Positions 49,402 through 61,232 of a stretch of 64,000 nt of DNA are shown piece after piece. The position numbers and the translations under genes are program-made. Positions within the stretch are counted from its first letter, which is position 1. Every line of letters starts with the position of its first letter. This DNA is from Sminthopsis crassicaudata. Lineage: Eukaryota. The notes beneath the pieces were generated by a model. It was not told the origin of the DNA and did no database searches. It saw only the letters and a program-made list of their open reading frames with translations. The DNA lies in assembly GCF_048593235.1 (NCBI RefSeq), contig NC_133617.1:365866067-365930066 (forward strand), read 5' to 3'.

Positions 49402-49860
49402 ATTTAGAGATCTATTTGTCCTCCTCCTTTATTTTATAGATTAAAAAAAAGAAGACACAGAGAATCTAAATCCTAGTTTAGGGCATCTCATCAGTAAGTA
49501 GCATAGCTGAGATATGAACCCAAACTGTCTAACTGTAAATATCATGCTCTTGCCACCATGCTATGCTTCTGTGGTCACTTAAGAACACATTCTCTTCCAG
49601 GACCTCTCTTACTCCCTGGATCTGGAAGCCAAGTTGACTATCAGGTTTCATCTTTCCTGTCTCGGCTTTTACCCTGTGCTTGGATCTGGGCCAATGATCA
49701 AACATTTGTCAGGCTCATAGTTCACAGATGTAGACCAGTAAAAGAACTCAGAAGTTAACTAGGCTCATCCCCTCATTAAGGGGTTAAGAAACTTTACAAA
49801 CTAGAGAGTAGTGACCCAAGGTCTCTCTGTCACCTCTCTGTCTCTGTCTATCTCTTTATT

Positions 49861-50444
49861 TCTGTCTCTGTCTCTTTCTGAATTATAGGATTAGAAAAAT
49901 TTCAATTAAATTTGCCTGTTTTCAGAATGGAATGCTCTCTGTAATCTTAAGAGTTTGAAATAAAAACCTTAAAGGTTTTTGAGGCAAAATCAGGATTTGA
50001 ATTCAAATTCTCTAGCTCCAGAGAAATAATTTCTTAGTATTATTTCACTGGTTACATTGAACTTATCTCCTAGTATTTTTATGATGGTATTAATAGAGAT
50101 ATTGAATATGGTATAAAAAATTGCAGTGTCCCATGGAACTGGTATTGATACCAATTTAAAGTTCAGAATCCACTCTATCTAAGCCTAAGCTTAATTTAAA
50201 AACTATGAACTAGTGTTTTAAAATATATAACCAGGAGTATTGGTTCTCCTTAAGTTACGTAGCTGAATAAATTGAAATAAATAATTCAAATTCCCTTTGG
50301 TTGCTTTTGTTGGGAAAAGTGGGGATGTTTTCAGTTAGATGTGAGTGGCAGTGTATACAACATACAGACAAATCAGGGAGAACAACAGCAGAGAAATGAC
50401 CAGTCCTTGATGTTCTGTAATTTAAAGGCGCACACTTGTCAGGA

Positions 50445-50487
<43 letters not shown>

Positions 50488-50678
50488 CATGTGTCTGTCT
50501 GTCTGTCTGTGTCTCTGAGTCTCTGTGCCTGTCTCTCTGTCTCTTACCATCTCTGTCTGTCTATCTATCTCTGTCTCTCTTTCTAAATTATAGGATTAGG
50601 AAAATTTCAGCTAAATTGGCCTGTTTTTGGAATGCAATTGCTCTCTGTAGTCTTAGAGTTTGAAGTAAAATCCTTAAA
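49861..50678 (+). repeat. Dispersed direct duplication of ~110 bp (49861-49973 and 50569-50678)
   Basis: aattataggattag(a/g)aaaatttca...gcctgtttt...gctctctgta...gagtttgaa...ccttaaa occurs in both copies. Confidence 0.88.
50447..50583. repeat. (TG)n grading into TCTG/CT-rich repeat
   Basis: Read directly from the sequence. Confidence 0.9.
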
Positions 50679-51514
50679 ACATTGAAAAACATTTTGCAAG
50701 AGAAATGGTTAGATTCCCTGGCTTATAATTCTTGGCTATGGCTGACTCTAGCAGAAAGACCCAGACCAGTGTTTCTCTAGTGGTAGAGGGCAGCAGACTG
50801 TGTACTTTGCTATTCACAGTGGCTGAGAACAAAGTGGGCAACATGCCAACTACTCGTTAAGTAAAAGTACCAAAGCTGGTCACAAAGATGGACTTCAGCC
50901 ACTTGTTAGTGGCCATGAAATGTAAACCCCTTTTCTCCAGGGCTCCCACAGAGAATGCATTGAAGTCCCTTGTCACAGCCTTGTAACTCTCATTTCTATC
51001 CTAGTTGCTATAAATATGTCTTCCACACTGCCCATGTTTGTCCAGATGCAGAGATAATGAACTATAGGATGGAGTCCAGACAGCTGTCCTTCTCTAGTCT
51101 CTGAGGCAGTGCCAAAATGCCTACTTAGCATCACCTAAAATATTCTCCAAATGTAGCATCTGAGAGAAGAGTAAGGAGGAAAAAACAGCTGTGTTACCAA
51201 CCCAGTTAAGAGCTCCAGCATCATTTGTTTTCAGGACTGCAAGTGGCTTTGTTCTGGCTGGTTTAGAGGACTTAGGCATTGTAAATGGCACTCAATGCAA
51301 AGGGACAATCAATAATTTTTTTAAAACAATTTCCCCTACTTATTTCCAACCCATGTAGACACATGGACTCTAACAATGTGTAAATGATTATGTTACATAA
51401 AAAATGTTGAAAATAGTCTTGAAACAATTTCTTGTTACTGCATGGTTGTGTTACTTGTACCTCTTAGAAAGGGCAGAGGTTTTAGTATAAGTCCTGTGAG
51501 TTCAGGTTAGCTGA

Positions 51515-51695
51515 TTTTTAGTCTTTTTTGTGTCATAGACACCTTTGGCAGTCTGGTGAGGCTTTAGGAATTGTTTTTCCTGAATAATATTTTAATAAAA
51601 ACATTTAAGAAAATACATTACATTACAAAGGAAACCAATTATATTGCAATATAGTTATCAAAATATTTTTTTAATTTCATAGACCCTGGGTTAAG
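51515..51695 (+). mobile_element. Old non-autonomous hAT-Charlie element (MER5/MER20-like)
   Basis: tgtgtcatagacacctttggcagtctggtgag...ttacaaaggaaaccaattatattg...agttatcaaaatat...gaccctgggttaag. Related pieces occur at 40560-40645, 61015-61232 and 63180-63345 (-). Confidence 0.65.
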
Positions 51696-52149
51696 TGCTC
51701 TGTTAGGGGTCTCTATATTTCTCCCCATTATTTTTCCTTCACTCCTGATAGCTGCCACCACCTGATTAGTAATGCCTCATTAGAATAGTACAGGCAGAAC
51801 AGTTGAATTTACTTCAGGCATGTAAAGCTTGGAAAATCAGAGATATTATATTTAACAAACTAATGGCTTCATAGAATAAAATATTATATACTTAAATAAT
51901 GACCTATAACTCATAAAACTTGATTCTTTGCTAATTAATCGTAAAAGAATCTACATCAAACAAGTTAAATATTTTTTTTTAATCTAAGTTGAACTAGTAT
52001 ACCTTGATAATAACTTAAACTGTGACCAGTATCCTCTTTAAAACTCTAGCTTACCATCTTTCTCCAACTATAGTATATCTTAAGGCTATTTCCCCTGCTT
52101 TCTCTATCTGTAAATCTGACTTAATCCTTGTTTCTACATTTTCTTTCAA

Positions 52150-52510
52150 AAAAAATTTATTTTTAACATTTTTTTTAAGTTTTAAGTCCCACATTCTCTC
52201 CCTTTTTCCTATTCCTTCTACCCCTTAAGAAGACAAGGAATGTGATATCAATTATACATGCAAAATCAAGTAAAATATATTTCCATATTAGCTGTGTTGC
52301 AAAAAAAAATTAGCAAGAAAAAAAGTGAAAAAATTAATGCTTCACTATGCATTCATTTTCTATCAATGCTTTGTCTGGAAGTAATTAACATTTTTCATCC
52401 TAAGTCCTTTGAAATAGTCTTGGATCATTGTATTGATCAGAATTGCTAAATCATTCTCAATTGATCATCATATAGAATTGTTATAGTACTGTGTACATTA
52501 TATCTTGGTT
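52150..52510 (-). mobile_element. Older marsupial L1 3' region fragment
   Basis: catttttcatcctaagtcctttgaaatagtcttggatcattgtattgatcagaattgctaaatcattc is typical marsupial L1 3' sequence. Confidence 0.7.
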
Positions 52511-53404
52511 TATTTTTACTTTAAATTCTCATTCAATCTATCAATAAATCAGTACTTCCCTTTAATGAAACTCTCTTTCCTTTCTCTTACAGCCTCTCCT
52601 TATTCCTTCCTCTTTCACCTTATTTTTCTCATCTCCCTCTCAAGCATCAATATAGCCTCTTTGGGTTTGGAGGTGGGTAGGGAATTTCACTATATACATT
52701 GAGCTAACTGTCCTCACCTCAGGGTTTCTAAGAAAGCTTGAGAATTAATATTTGGCACTAATGACTGCAAATGATTTTCCCTTCTGACCCCTCCCTTCCT
52801 AACCTATAACAGCTAACCCGGTTATAATCCCCTCACTCCTGGAGCTCATGATATTACTTGTCTAATGACTAAATTTCATCTCTTACTACAAAGTTAACCA
52901 ATCAAATAAAATTTCAAGTGAGCTAAAATAAGGTGTCAGGAAAATTAGGAGTTCTGTAGTGATGAAAGGAAAACTATTAAGAGTAGAAGTCTAGAGACCT
53001 AGTTGTATGAGCATGGGTAAATAAGTCAATTTTCCTCTCATGCCTCAGTTTCTTCATGAATGGATGGTGGTGGTTGATTTACTTGATACATTCTATCTCT
53101 TATGTACTCTTCTTCTCAATGGGCCTTGTTGTAAAAGGAGAGACTAGGTAAACTCTTAAGATCCCTCCCTGTTCCAAAAACTCTATTCTGTATTTCTAGC
53201 ACGGAATAACAATTCAAATTTAAATTAAAAAAAAAAAAAACACAAAAAAACACTAATTAGAATACTTTATTGCACTGGCCAAATAAAGGTGGAATCGGAA
53301 AGTGTCAAGATATTGGCATCTGGAGGACAATGGGAACCAGAATGATGCAATGATCCGGTTAATGCAACCAAGGACTAAACTAAGAGTAAATCATAGCCTA
53401 CTTA

Positions 53405-53654
53405 TTGCCCTTCTTGTGGTTCATTCTTAGTGACCCCATTTGGGATTTTCCTGGCATAGACACTGGAGTAGTTTGTCATTTCCTTCTGTAGCTCTTTTAA
53501 CAAATGAAGAAGCTGGGGCACATAGGATAAAGTGATTTGCTCATGATTACCTAGCTACTTAGTGGGAGGTTATATTTGATCTTAAAAAGTTGAGTCTTTC
53601 TAATTCCAGAACTGGTACTCTGCCCCTATTGTGCTACTGCTCCACCTAGCTGCC
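53405..53654 (-). mobile_element. Mar1 SINE
   Basis: gtgaccccatttgggattttcctggc...ctggagtagtttgtcatttccttc...ccacctagctgcc. Confidence 0.8.
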
Positions 53655-54250
53655 TACTTATGGCCCTTAAGTTTTGATATTCAAGTATTAATGATTATCC
53701 TTTAATAGGGTAGACCCTACCCACACATGATCTGGATAATGGCATGAATAAGGTGCTAAAAGATCTCCCATCACCTTCATCCATTCCCCTAACCATGGTA
53801 CCTAAAATTCCCACTAAGTCAGTGTTGGATTATTAAAATACAACTCAGCCCAGGAGGAAATAATATAATAACCTCTAGAAACTTATACATTACCCTGGAT
53901 TCATTGAAAGGGTGGGGGTGGAGAATAAGTTTTAATGGGGATTTCCCCAGATACTTTTCATTGCTTAATTCTAAGTTTCATGCAAATAAGTCCAGCTCCT
54001 TCCCATGAAGTATTTAGAAAGAAAGAACTATCCTTTCAGCCATTCACAAAATTGTTGGTGTTAGAAGGCAACGTGTGATATAAGCCAGGATACCTAAATT
54101 CTGATCCTGGTCATGATACTTAGATTATCCATGCAAATGTCTGCAAGTCAGCTACCCTATTTAAGCCTGGGGAGAGATAATACTTGCAATACTGACTCAT
54201 ATATTGTTGTAAGAGAGTATTCTGTAAATTTTGAAACTCTCTAAACATGT

Positions 54251-54478
54251 TTATTGTTGTTCAGTTATTTCAAGACTCTCCATGTCCCCATCTGGGGTTT
54301 TTCTTGGTAAACATACTGGCCATTTCCTTCTCCCATGCATTTTACACGTTAAGAAACTAAAACAGCCAGGCTAAGGGACTTGACCAGGGTCCTATAGGTA
54401 GTAAATGACTGAAAAATTTGAACTCATGAAAATAAGTCTTCCAGATTCTAAGCTCAGTACTCTTATCCACTATGCTAC
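54251..54478 (-). mobile_element. Mar1 SINE
   Basis: ccccatctggggtttttcttggtaaacatactggccatttccttctcc...tcttatccactatgc. Confidence 0.78.
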
Positions 54479-55863
54479 TTTTGCTATATTATTGTTACTG
54501 TTGTCCCAAATACTGTCATTAATTAGCTATGTTCTTGGAGCCTTAGTTTTCTTATTTGTAAATAAGGGTGTGTTCTACACTATGGTCACTCAAATTCTAT
54601 CTACCTTTAAAAGCCCTTTATTCTCTTTTCTTTCAAGAACCTTCAAAGCATATGAAGAAGGCTTTTTGCAAACTAAAGGGTCAAGTAGTAGAAAGGTCCT
54701 TTTTAAATTCTTAAACAAATATAGAATCTTCATAAAGTCTTTATATAATTTTTAAAACCTTTACCTTTTAAACTTCAACAATTTCAATTGTGTGCATAGA
54801 GAAAGTAACCTTGACCTTTCTGGTAATAAGTGGTAAATTGTCTTTTCATAGCTGACAGGGACTTAATTTCTGCTAGACATAGGTCCCTTGTCTACAGAAG
54901 CTATTTTAGTTGGTAATATAATTTAAACTAAAAATCCAGTGTATATAGTTGCTTAATAGTTTTCCTAAATTGTGATCAATCTTTTAAAATTCCCTTGTAT
55001 GTGTAGAAATATATATGATATATATAAAATATGTAGAAATATCCTTATTTCTATCATACCAGTAACCTTAGTTAAATTTTAAAGTAGTAAAAAGAAAATG
55101 AAGAAGCTGTATCTTCCCAGTCTTCCTTACTGGGGGCTAAACTTTGGCCCTCCTATGTCAGCAAATGCTAACAAAATTCTAGAATCAGATTTGAACTTAC
55201 AGTTTTATCTAATCCCCCCACTTTTGCAGATTCATGGGGATGCTGAAAATCCAGAAAGAGAACTGACCTTTTCAAGATCAGAAAACAAGTTCATGGCAGA
55301 TATATGATTAAAACTCACTGTCTCCTAACTCTTAGTTGTTGGGTGTAAAGTCCGGGCTAGCTCCCTGGAGGCCTCAGGATCAGCCAGAGTCAGGATAAGC
55401 AAAAGTCCTTGGTCTTTAGGGGGAGAAGTAAAGGAGATGGACAATATTTCCACAAACTGTCCACCAACCTCCCTTCTCCTCCTTCTCCTACAAAGTGAGT
55501 CTGGCTTGTCTCACTCCACCCCCAAATCCCTCCTAAGATTATCTGTATATACCAAGAGATGGAGCCAGCATGGAATAGTGAAAAGGGCCATTTTTCCAAA
55601 CATATGCTAATAGAGTTATTGTCCAAAAGGTAATTAGCCTTAAGTGCTGGGTTGTCTGCTTCCAATGCACCTATTCAGAGTTTCAGCCCTTTACAGTTGG
55701 GATTTTTTTTTGCTTTTTACCATATCATTGCTATAAGCAATAAAGAACTTTGTTCCCAAATATTCTGATGTTTCTCATCCCTTGGTGGTAGCCTTTTACC
55801 ATGAAGCCATATAGCTAGGCAAAGCAGAAAAGGGGGAGGAGAGTAAAGATTTAGTTAGCTCAA

Positions 55864-55950
55864 CCCCAAGGGAGTTAGGAATCCCTTTCTCAAAGACCAG
55901 GAAAACATCCCCAAGAGAATTTGGATTCCCTTTCACAAAGATCAAGAAAA
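55864..55950 (+). repeat. 45-bp tandem duplication (2 copies)
   Basis: ccccaagggagttaggaatccctttctcaaagaccaggaaaa versus ccccaagagaatttggattccctttcacaaagatcaagaaaa, 7 mismatches in 42. Confidence 0.85.
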
Positions 55951-56447
55951 TGCTATTGGAAGCAGGTGTGAAGGAGAAAGCTGCTACAGTCAAAATGAGT
56001 TTTGGAAACACCATTGTTTGCGGTCTGTATTAACCTGGAGCAGTTACAGTGACAAAAGCTTGTCTCATATTTGAAATTGGAAGCTCTGACATTCAGGAAG
56101 TTCCAAAGCAAATAAACCTGATCCTATAATGAAATCATGCATGTACACAAAGCCCTGCATTTAAAATATATATACATACATATATATGTGTATACATATG
56201 TATGTATATGTATGTATATATATTTTAGATTCTTCTTAAGGCCACAACATCAATCCATTGAGAATTAACCTGGTCTTTATTCCCTGTCTTGTGTCCAGCT
56301 CAATTATCATATTAGAAGATGTTCAGAAGACAATTCACACAAAGGGACAGAATGTCTTGTCCTTTATCAAAACAACAAGATGCCAAAACGTGAGGGTCAG
56401 TTTTTCAAAGGTGCTAAGAGGTTTAGATATAGTTTAGGTCAAGAACT

Positions 56448-56449
<2 letters not shown>

Positions 56450-56520
<71 letters not shown>

Positions 56521-56794
56521 ACTCTCACTCTCACTCTTTCTCTCCACCCCTCTCCTCCCTTTCCAACTTTCCCTTCCCCTTACCTCTTCTCCCCTTCTGT
56601 CCTCTCTTCTCCTCTCATCCTCCTCCTCTTCTCTTTTCTTCTCTTCTGTCTGTCTCTTTCTCTCTTCTTTTCTCTCTTTTTTCTCTCTCCTTTCCTCCTC
56701 CTCCTCCTCTTTCTTCTTCTTCTTTCTTCCCTCCCTGCCTCCCTTCTTCCTTCTCTCTCTGTCTCCCTCTCTCCTTCTCTTTCTCTCTCTTTCC
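56450..56794. repeat. (TC)~33 plus a ~280-nt polypyrimidine tract
   Basis: Read directly from the sequence. Confidence 0.95.
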
Positions 56795-56829
56795 TAATGT
56801 GTATTTGTATGGCTGCTAGTGCACTACTT

Positions 56830-57010
56830 AGGGAATCAGCTTGGTACAGCAAGTACGTGGTACTGACTCTGAAGGCAAAGGCCCTGTGTGCAAATCCTAC
56901 TTCTTTACATTCTCTTGTGACCTTGGGTTATCTAATAGGACCTCAGTTTTCTTACATGTAAAATAAAGGAATTGGACTAGGCGACCTCAGCAATCCATTC
57001 TAGCTCTGGA
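56830..57010 (+). mobile_element. MIR3-type CORE-SINE
   Basis: gtgaccttggg...gacctcagttttcttacatgtaaaataaaggaattggactagg. Confidence 0.75.
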
Positions 57011-57149
57011 TTGAAAGATGCTCCTTTTTGTTGTTGAAGTGTTGCTATATGTACTTAACCTTGTCATAAGACATTGTTTGAGATCAGAATGAATATAGCA
57101 ATCATGAGCTTTCTGAGTTTGGTGACATTAGTCTGTCCAAAACAATCCC

Positions 57150-58110
57150 AATTTCACAAAAAAAGCAAATGATTTTTAACAAGGCTTTTCAAGAAGAAAA
57201 TCCTTTCTTTAGATCATGCCAATTTTGAGTTCAAGAAGTATGATCATCTTAAGTATAAGAAGTAGTTCTTACCTTCCTAAAGCTTGATTTTTATTCCTGG
57301 CAAAATTAACATTATTAAATATTGTTAATAAATTTAAATTTTTCCTTTTGCCTATTAATAAAAATAGTAAACATCCAGAAAAGGAATCAACAATCATAAA
57401 GAATACTCATTAGTAAATTCCAAGAACAGATTAATTCCATTTCTTTTTAGTGACAGAATTGCTATACTGTCAGATCAGAAGAACATTGTAAATACATTTT
57501 GTCTGAATTTTGACAAAGTCCATCTTGATCTCCTTGCGGAAAGGAGTGTCAGATTAATTTAGTAAGGTGGATTCATCCACTTTTACTTAGGTAAACTAGA
57601 AGAAGCAATTGAACTCATTAGGACATTTTTTTAGGGCTTCCAATTTACTATCTGTAGTAGTTGTGAAAACATTTTAATAGTTACAAAATGCTGTATAAAT
57701 ACTAAGGAATCATAGTTCAAACTGAGATGTTTAATAATAATAGATAATGAATGATAGTAGTATTTAAAAGGCTTCCAGTGGAGGGCTACTTAACATTCTT
57801 ATTGATGACTTGACTAAAGGGATGAATGACATACTTTTTGCTGACAGAATCAGAATCTGAAAAACATTTTAATAGGCTAAAGCATAGTGATAAATCTAGC
57901 ATGATAATTCATATTAGGAAAAAATATAAAATATTACAATAGGCTTGATTAAAAAAAAACAACTTCATTTGTACAAGATTAAGGAGGTACAGCTCTATAA
58001 AAGTTTATTTGAAAAAAGAATTTGATGTTTGGGTGGACAGAATATTCAAGTAATTTGACATTCTAGCATGCTAATCTAAAAAAGTTAATGCCATCTTAAG
58101 CTGAATTAAG
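57150..58110 (+). mobile_element. L3/CR1 LINE RT remnant
   Basis: cattcttattgatgacttgactaaaggg...acaacttcatttgtacaagatt...aaaaagttaatgccatcttaagctgaattaag resembles the L3 RT. Confidence 0.75.
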
Positions 58111-58422
58111 ACAGAAAGAAGTTGAGTTTCTGCTACCCTTCTGGCTTTTCTGCTTTTTTTGTGTATAAGGTGCTAGAGGAAAGGAAGTGGCTTTCTTTTT
58201 GTTTATAGCTGTACCCACAGAGTTTAGCACTGTGCAGGATATATAATGTGTACTTAAATGCTTGATGCCTTTTTTGGGAAAGACCATATTTCATATAGTG
58301 TTTAATTTTGGGAAGGAGATTGATAAACTGAAGAATATTGAGAGAATAGTTTATATTGTGAAGGTTCTGGAGATCTTATTGTGTAAGTAAGAATATTTTA
58401 AAGAAACTGGAATTCTGTAGAG

Positions 58423-58574
58423 CAGGGGTTCTCAAACTACAGCCCACCCCAGGTTATGGCAAATGTCTGAGGGGCGGAGACAGAGTGTGAGTTTTTGTTT
58501 TTACTATAGTCCAGCCTCCAACAGTCTGAGGGACAGTGAACTGACCCCCTATTTACAAAGTTTGAGGACCACTG
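58423..58574 (+). mobile_element. 152-bp non-autonomous hAT MITE, OposCharlie1 (OC1)-like
   Basis: 16-bp TIRs CAGGGGTTCTCAAACT / AGTTTGAGGACCACTG (14/16 match) and an 8-bp TSD ctgtagag (58415-22) / ttgtagag (58575-82). The 3' internal sequence resembles dasyurid OC1 non-autonomous elements as I recall them. Confidence 0.85.
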
Positions 58575-58729
58575 TTGTAGAGGATGGTTCACTTATATGG
58601 AGAGAATTCTTTCCTTTGTCTTTCTGCCTCCTCAATTGTGGAAAACCTTTGCTGGTACCCCCAGCTACTAGTACCTTACCCTCTAAATTACCTTCCATCT
58701 AATCTGCTTGTATGTTTATAAGGTAGCAT

Positions 58730-58940
58730 GAGGAAGAAGGACTGGCTTTCTAGTTAGGAACATATGGATTGAATACCTTTGCCATATGACTCTGGGCAGG
58801 TCACCCAAGCTCTTGGTGTTTCAGGGCTAGGCAACTCTTTAAGACTATGAGTTACAGAAAATGTGTCAGCCTGCATTGGTAGAGGAAATACTCTCATATG
58901 AAAGTTTCCTGTAATAAAAAAGAACAGATCCAGACTCTAT
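58730..58940 (+). mobile_element. Marsupial CORE-SINE with a WALLSI4-like tail
   Basis: ggcaactctttaagactatgagttacagaaaatgtgtcagcctgcattggtagagg. Similar tails occur at 8345-8505 (+) and 37625-37705 (-). Confidence 0.55.
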
Positions 58941-59479
58941 CCATATATGTATGTCAACCTGCTTATTAGAATATAAGCTTCTTGAGGACAGGAACAAAGT
59001 TTTTGTATCTTTGTCACTTGGCACAAGCATACAGTAAGCACTAAATGAATGCTTGTTGATGATTCTTACTTAAACCATCCTTGTCATCCACATACACATA
59101 CACACACAGTCGTCTCAATTATCCTCTCGTTTAAAATGTAAGTTGTCCGTAAAACTAATAAAACTATTCTGGCAATTCTATATGTTTGTTTGTTTCAAAT
59201 CACACTATAAGACCATGATTATCCTCACTCATCTTTTAATTTAGAGGTATAGGTTGTCCCACTCTGCTAAGTTTGCTAAAATAAATGATAATTTGTTGTT
59301 TGGTTACTTGGTCTCACTATTTGAGGGCTTGTTTTTCAGAGTACAAACTTGGATAAGGTCTTTCAGGTCTAATATCTCTCTGTTCATACTGTAATTCAAT
59401 GTACTTTTTTTTTTTATTAAATACCTATTATTTTTCATGTACTGTACGAAATGCTAGGGATTTAATCATGCAAATATAA

Positions 59480-59910
59480 CAATTGTTCTACCCTTAAGGA
59501 GCGTTTAATGTAATAAGAGGATGAGACATATATACAAATACATGTGACTTAGAGTGGAATGCAGTAAGGAAAGATGCAAAATATTCTAAGTGATTTGTAG
59601 GAATGGGGAAGGTGGTCCAGAGATAGGATCCAATAAGGACTTTTTTGGAGACTGTTAAAACAAAATATCTCAGAAGTTGAATATATGAAGAGAGTGTATT
59701 CCAAGTACTGGCAACATGTAGGAGTGTCCAGAAGTAAGAGAGAACCTTATTAAAGAACCCCTTACAGTCTAGTTTGGCTAGAACATATGGTATGCGAGGG
59801 AGAATAACTGAGCATAAGGAAGGAAAGATAGGAAGTTTGCCACTTTTACTCCCAAAGACTAGATTTTCTAAAATTCTATAACCAGTGGGAAGCCACTGTT
59901 TTAAGGATCT
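59480..59910 (-). mobile_element. L2 fragment
   Basis: ccttaaggagcgtttaatgtaataagaggatgagacat...ttggctagaacatatggtatgcgaggg...accagtgggaagccactg. Confidence 0.7.
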
Positions 59911-60139
59911 ATTCAAAGGCAATTTCTACTCTATAACTCTCTATATTTTTATTGCCATGTAACTTTCTCAACTGAAAGTACTTTTGAAGCTTGTAATTTC
60001 CAGGTACTTATTAAAGTAGGCCTTGTTGTGTCATCCATTACTAGTGTCAGATATTAAGGGGTCAGGGAAGGCTGAACTTGTATTGATTTAAAGAAAATTA
60101 AAGAAATCAGATCCTCTTAAGCCAATAAGAGTTTTGAGA

Positions 60140-60330
60140 GGCAACACGGTTCAATGGAAAATATGCTGTATTTGGAATCAGAGGATATGGATTTACCATA
60201 TGTTCCTCCTATGTAATGTTAGGCACCTAATTTAAGGTTTGTGGGACCTCATTTTCATTATTTGAAAAATGAGAAGTCTATACCTGATGCCCATTAATGT
60301 CTCTTCTATCTCTAAATTGTTGATTCTGCC
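60140..60330 (+). mobile_element. MIR3-type CORE-SINE
   Basis: gtatttggaatcagaggatatgg...cctcattttcattatttgaaaaatgagaag. Confidence 0.65.
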
Positions 60331-60359
60331 TCTCTTAATGATTAACCTTTTTTCTTTAA

Positions 60360-60640
60360 TCTCATCCTTCAAGGCTCCCCTCCATGAAGCAACTATTCTC
60401 TAACTATTCAAGTTCATGTTGATGATTGCCTCTTCTCATTTTAGTCCCTCCATTCAATTCAGTACTTATTTGTTGAGTCTTTCCTTGCAGCAGTTCCCTG
60501 AAACTCCCAACCCCCATTTCTAGGCAAAGTGTAAATCCTTGAAGGAAAGAATTTTGTTTATGTAATCCTTATATCATACACAGTATCAAGTACAGTGCTG
60601 GACATATAGTGGGCATTTAATGAATACTTATTTTTTGATT
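60360..60640 (+). mobile_element. L2 3' end
   Basis: ccttcaaggctcccctccatgaagc...acagtgctggacatatagtgggcatttaatgaatactt. Confidence 0.6.
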
Positions 60641-61014
60641 AAGCTGCCAAATCAGCAGGATAATGAAAAAGGCATCAAACACAGGAAAGTTCAGATTCAG
60701 TAGATGCCAAAGTTTATACCTTTAAGTAGCAGCATCTCTATATATGGACCTTAATTTCCACATTTCATCCTATGATCCTATGACAACACTGTAATGTTTG
60801 CTTATAAAATGTAAAACATCTGTAAAATTAAAGAGCATTGAATTTGATTCCCTCAAAGGTCCCTTTCAATCTTTATATTCTGCAGTACTAATACTTTGTA
60901 CCTCTCCAAAGGGCTAATCATCTTCCCATTTTTGACACTTCACTAACTGTATGTTGCCCACAATTATCTCCCACCTCCCACTCCTTTTCCCTTGATTAAG
61001 TCTTAATCTAAAAT

Positions 61015-61232
61015 AAGCCTTTTTCACCTTTTTTGGGATATAGATCACTTTGAAAGTCTGATGAAAACCTTTGTATTCCTTCTCAAAATATTTCATAAAA
61101 TATAAATAGGATTCCAAAGGAAACAATGGTTAGTGAAAATAAAGATGTATTTTTTTTCTCCTTCCAAGTTTAAAGACTCTGAAATCTGTCCAGAGACTTC
61201 TATAAGAATTCATAGACCTTAAATTAAGAATC
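61015..61232 (+). mobile_element. Old hAT-Charlie remnant
   Basis: gatcactttgaaagtctgatgaaaacct...ataggattccaaaggaaacaa...gaccttaaattaagaatc. Confidence 0.55.

Noticed and set aside
50770-50800. CTCF-like GGTAGAGGGCAGCA
   Set aside because: Only the 3' half matches; the CCACC half is missing on both strands.
56380-56961. 193-aa Leu/Ser-rich ORF
   Set aside because: Translation of the (TC)n/polypyrimidine tract.
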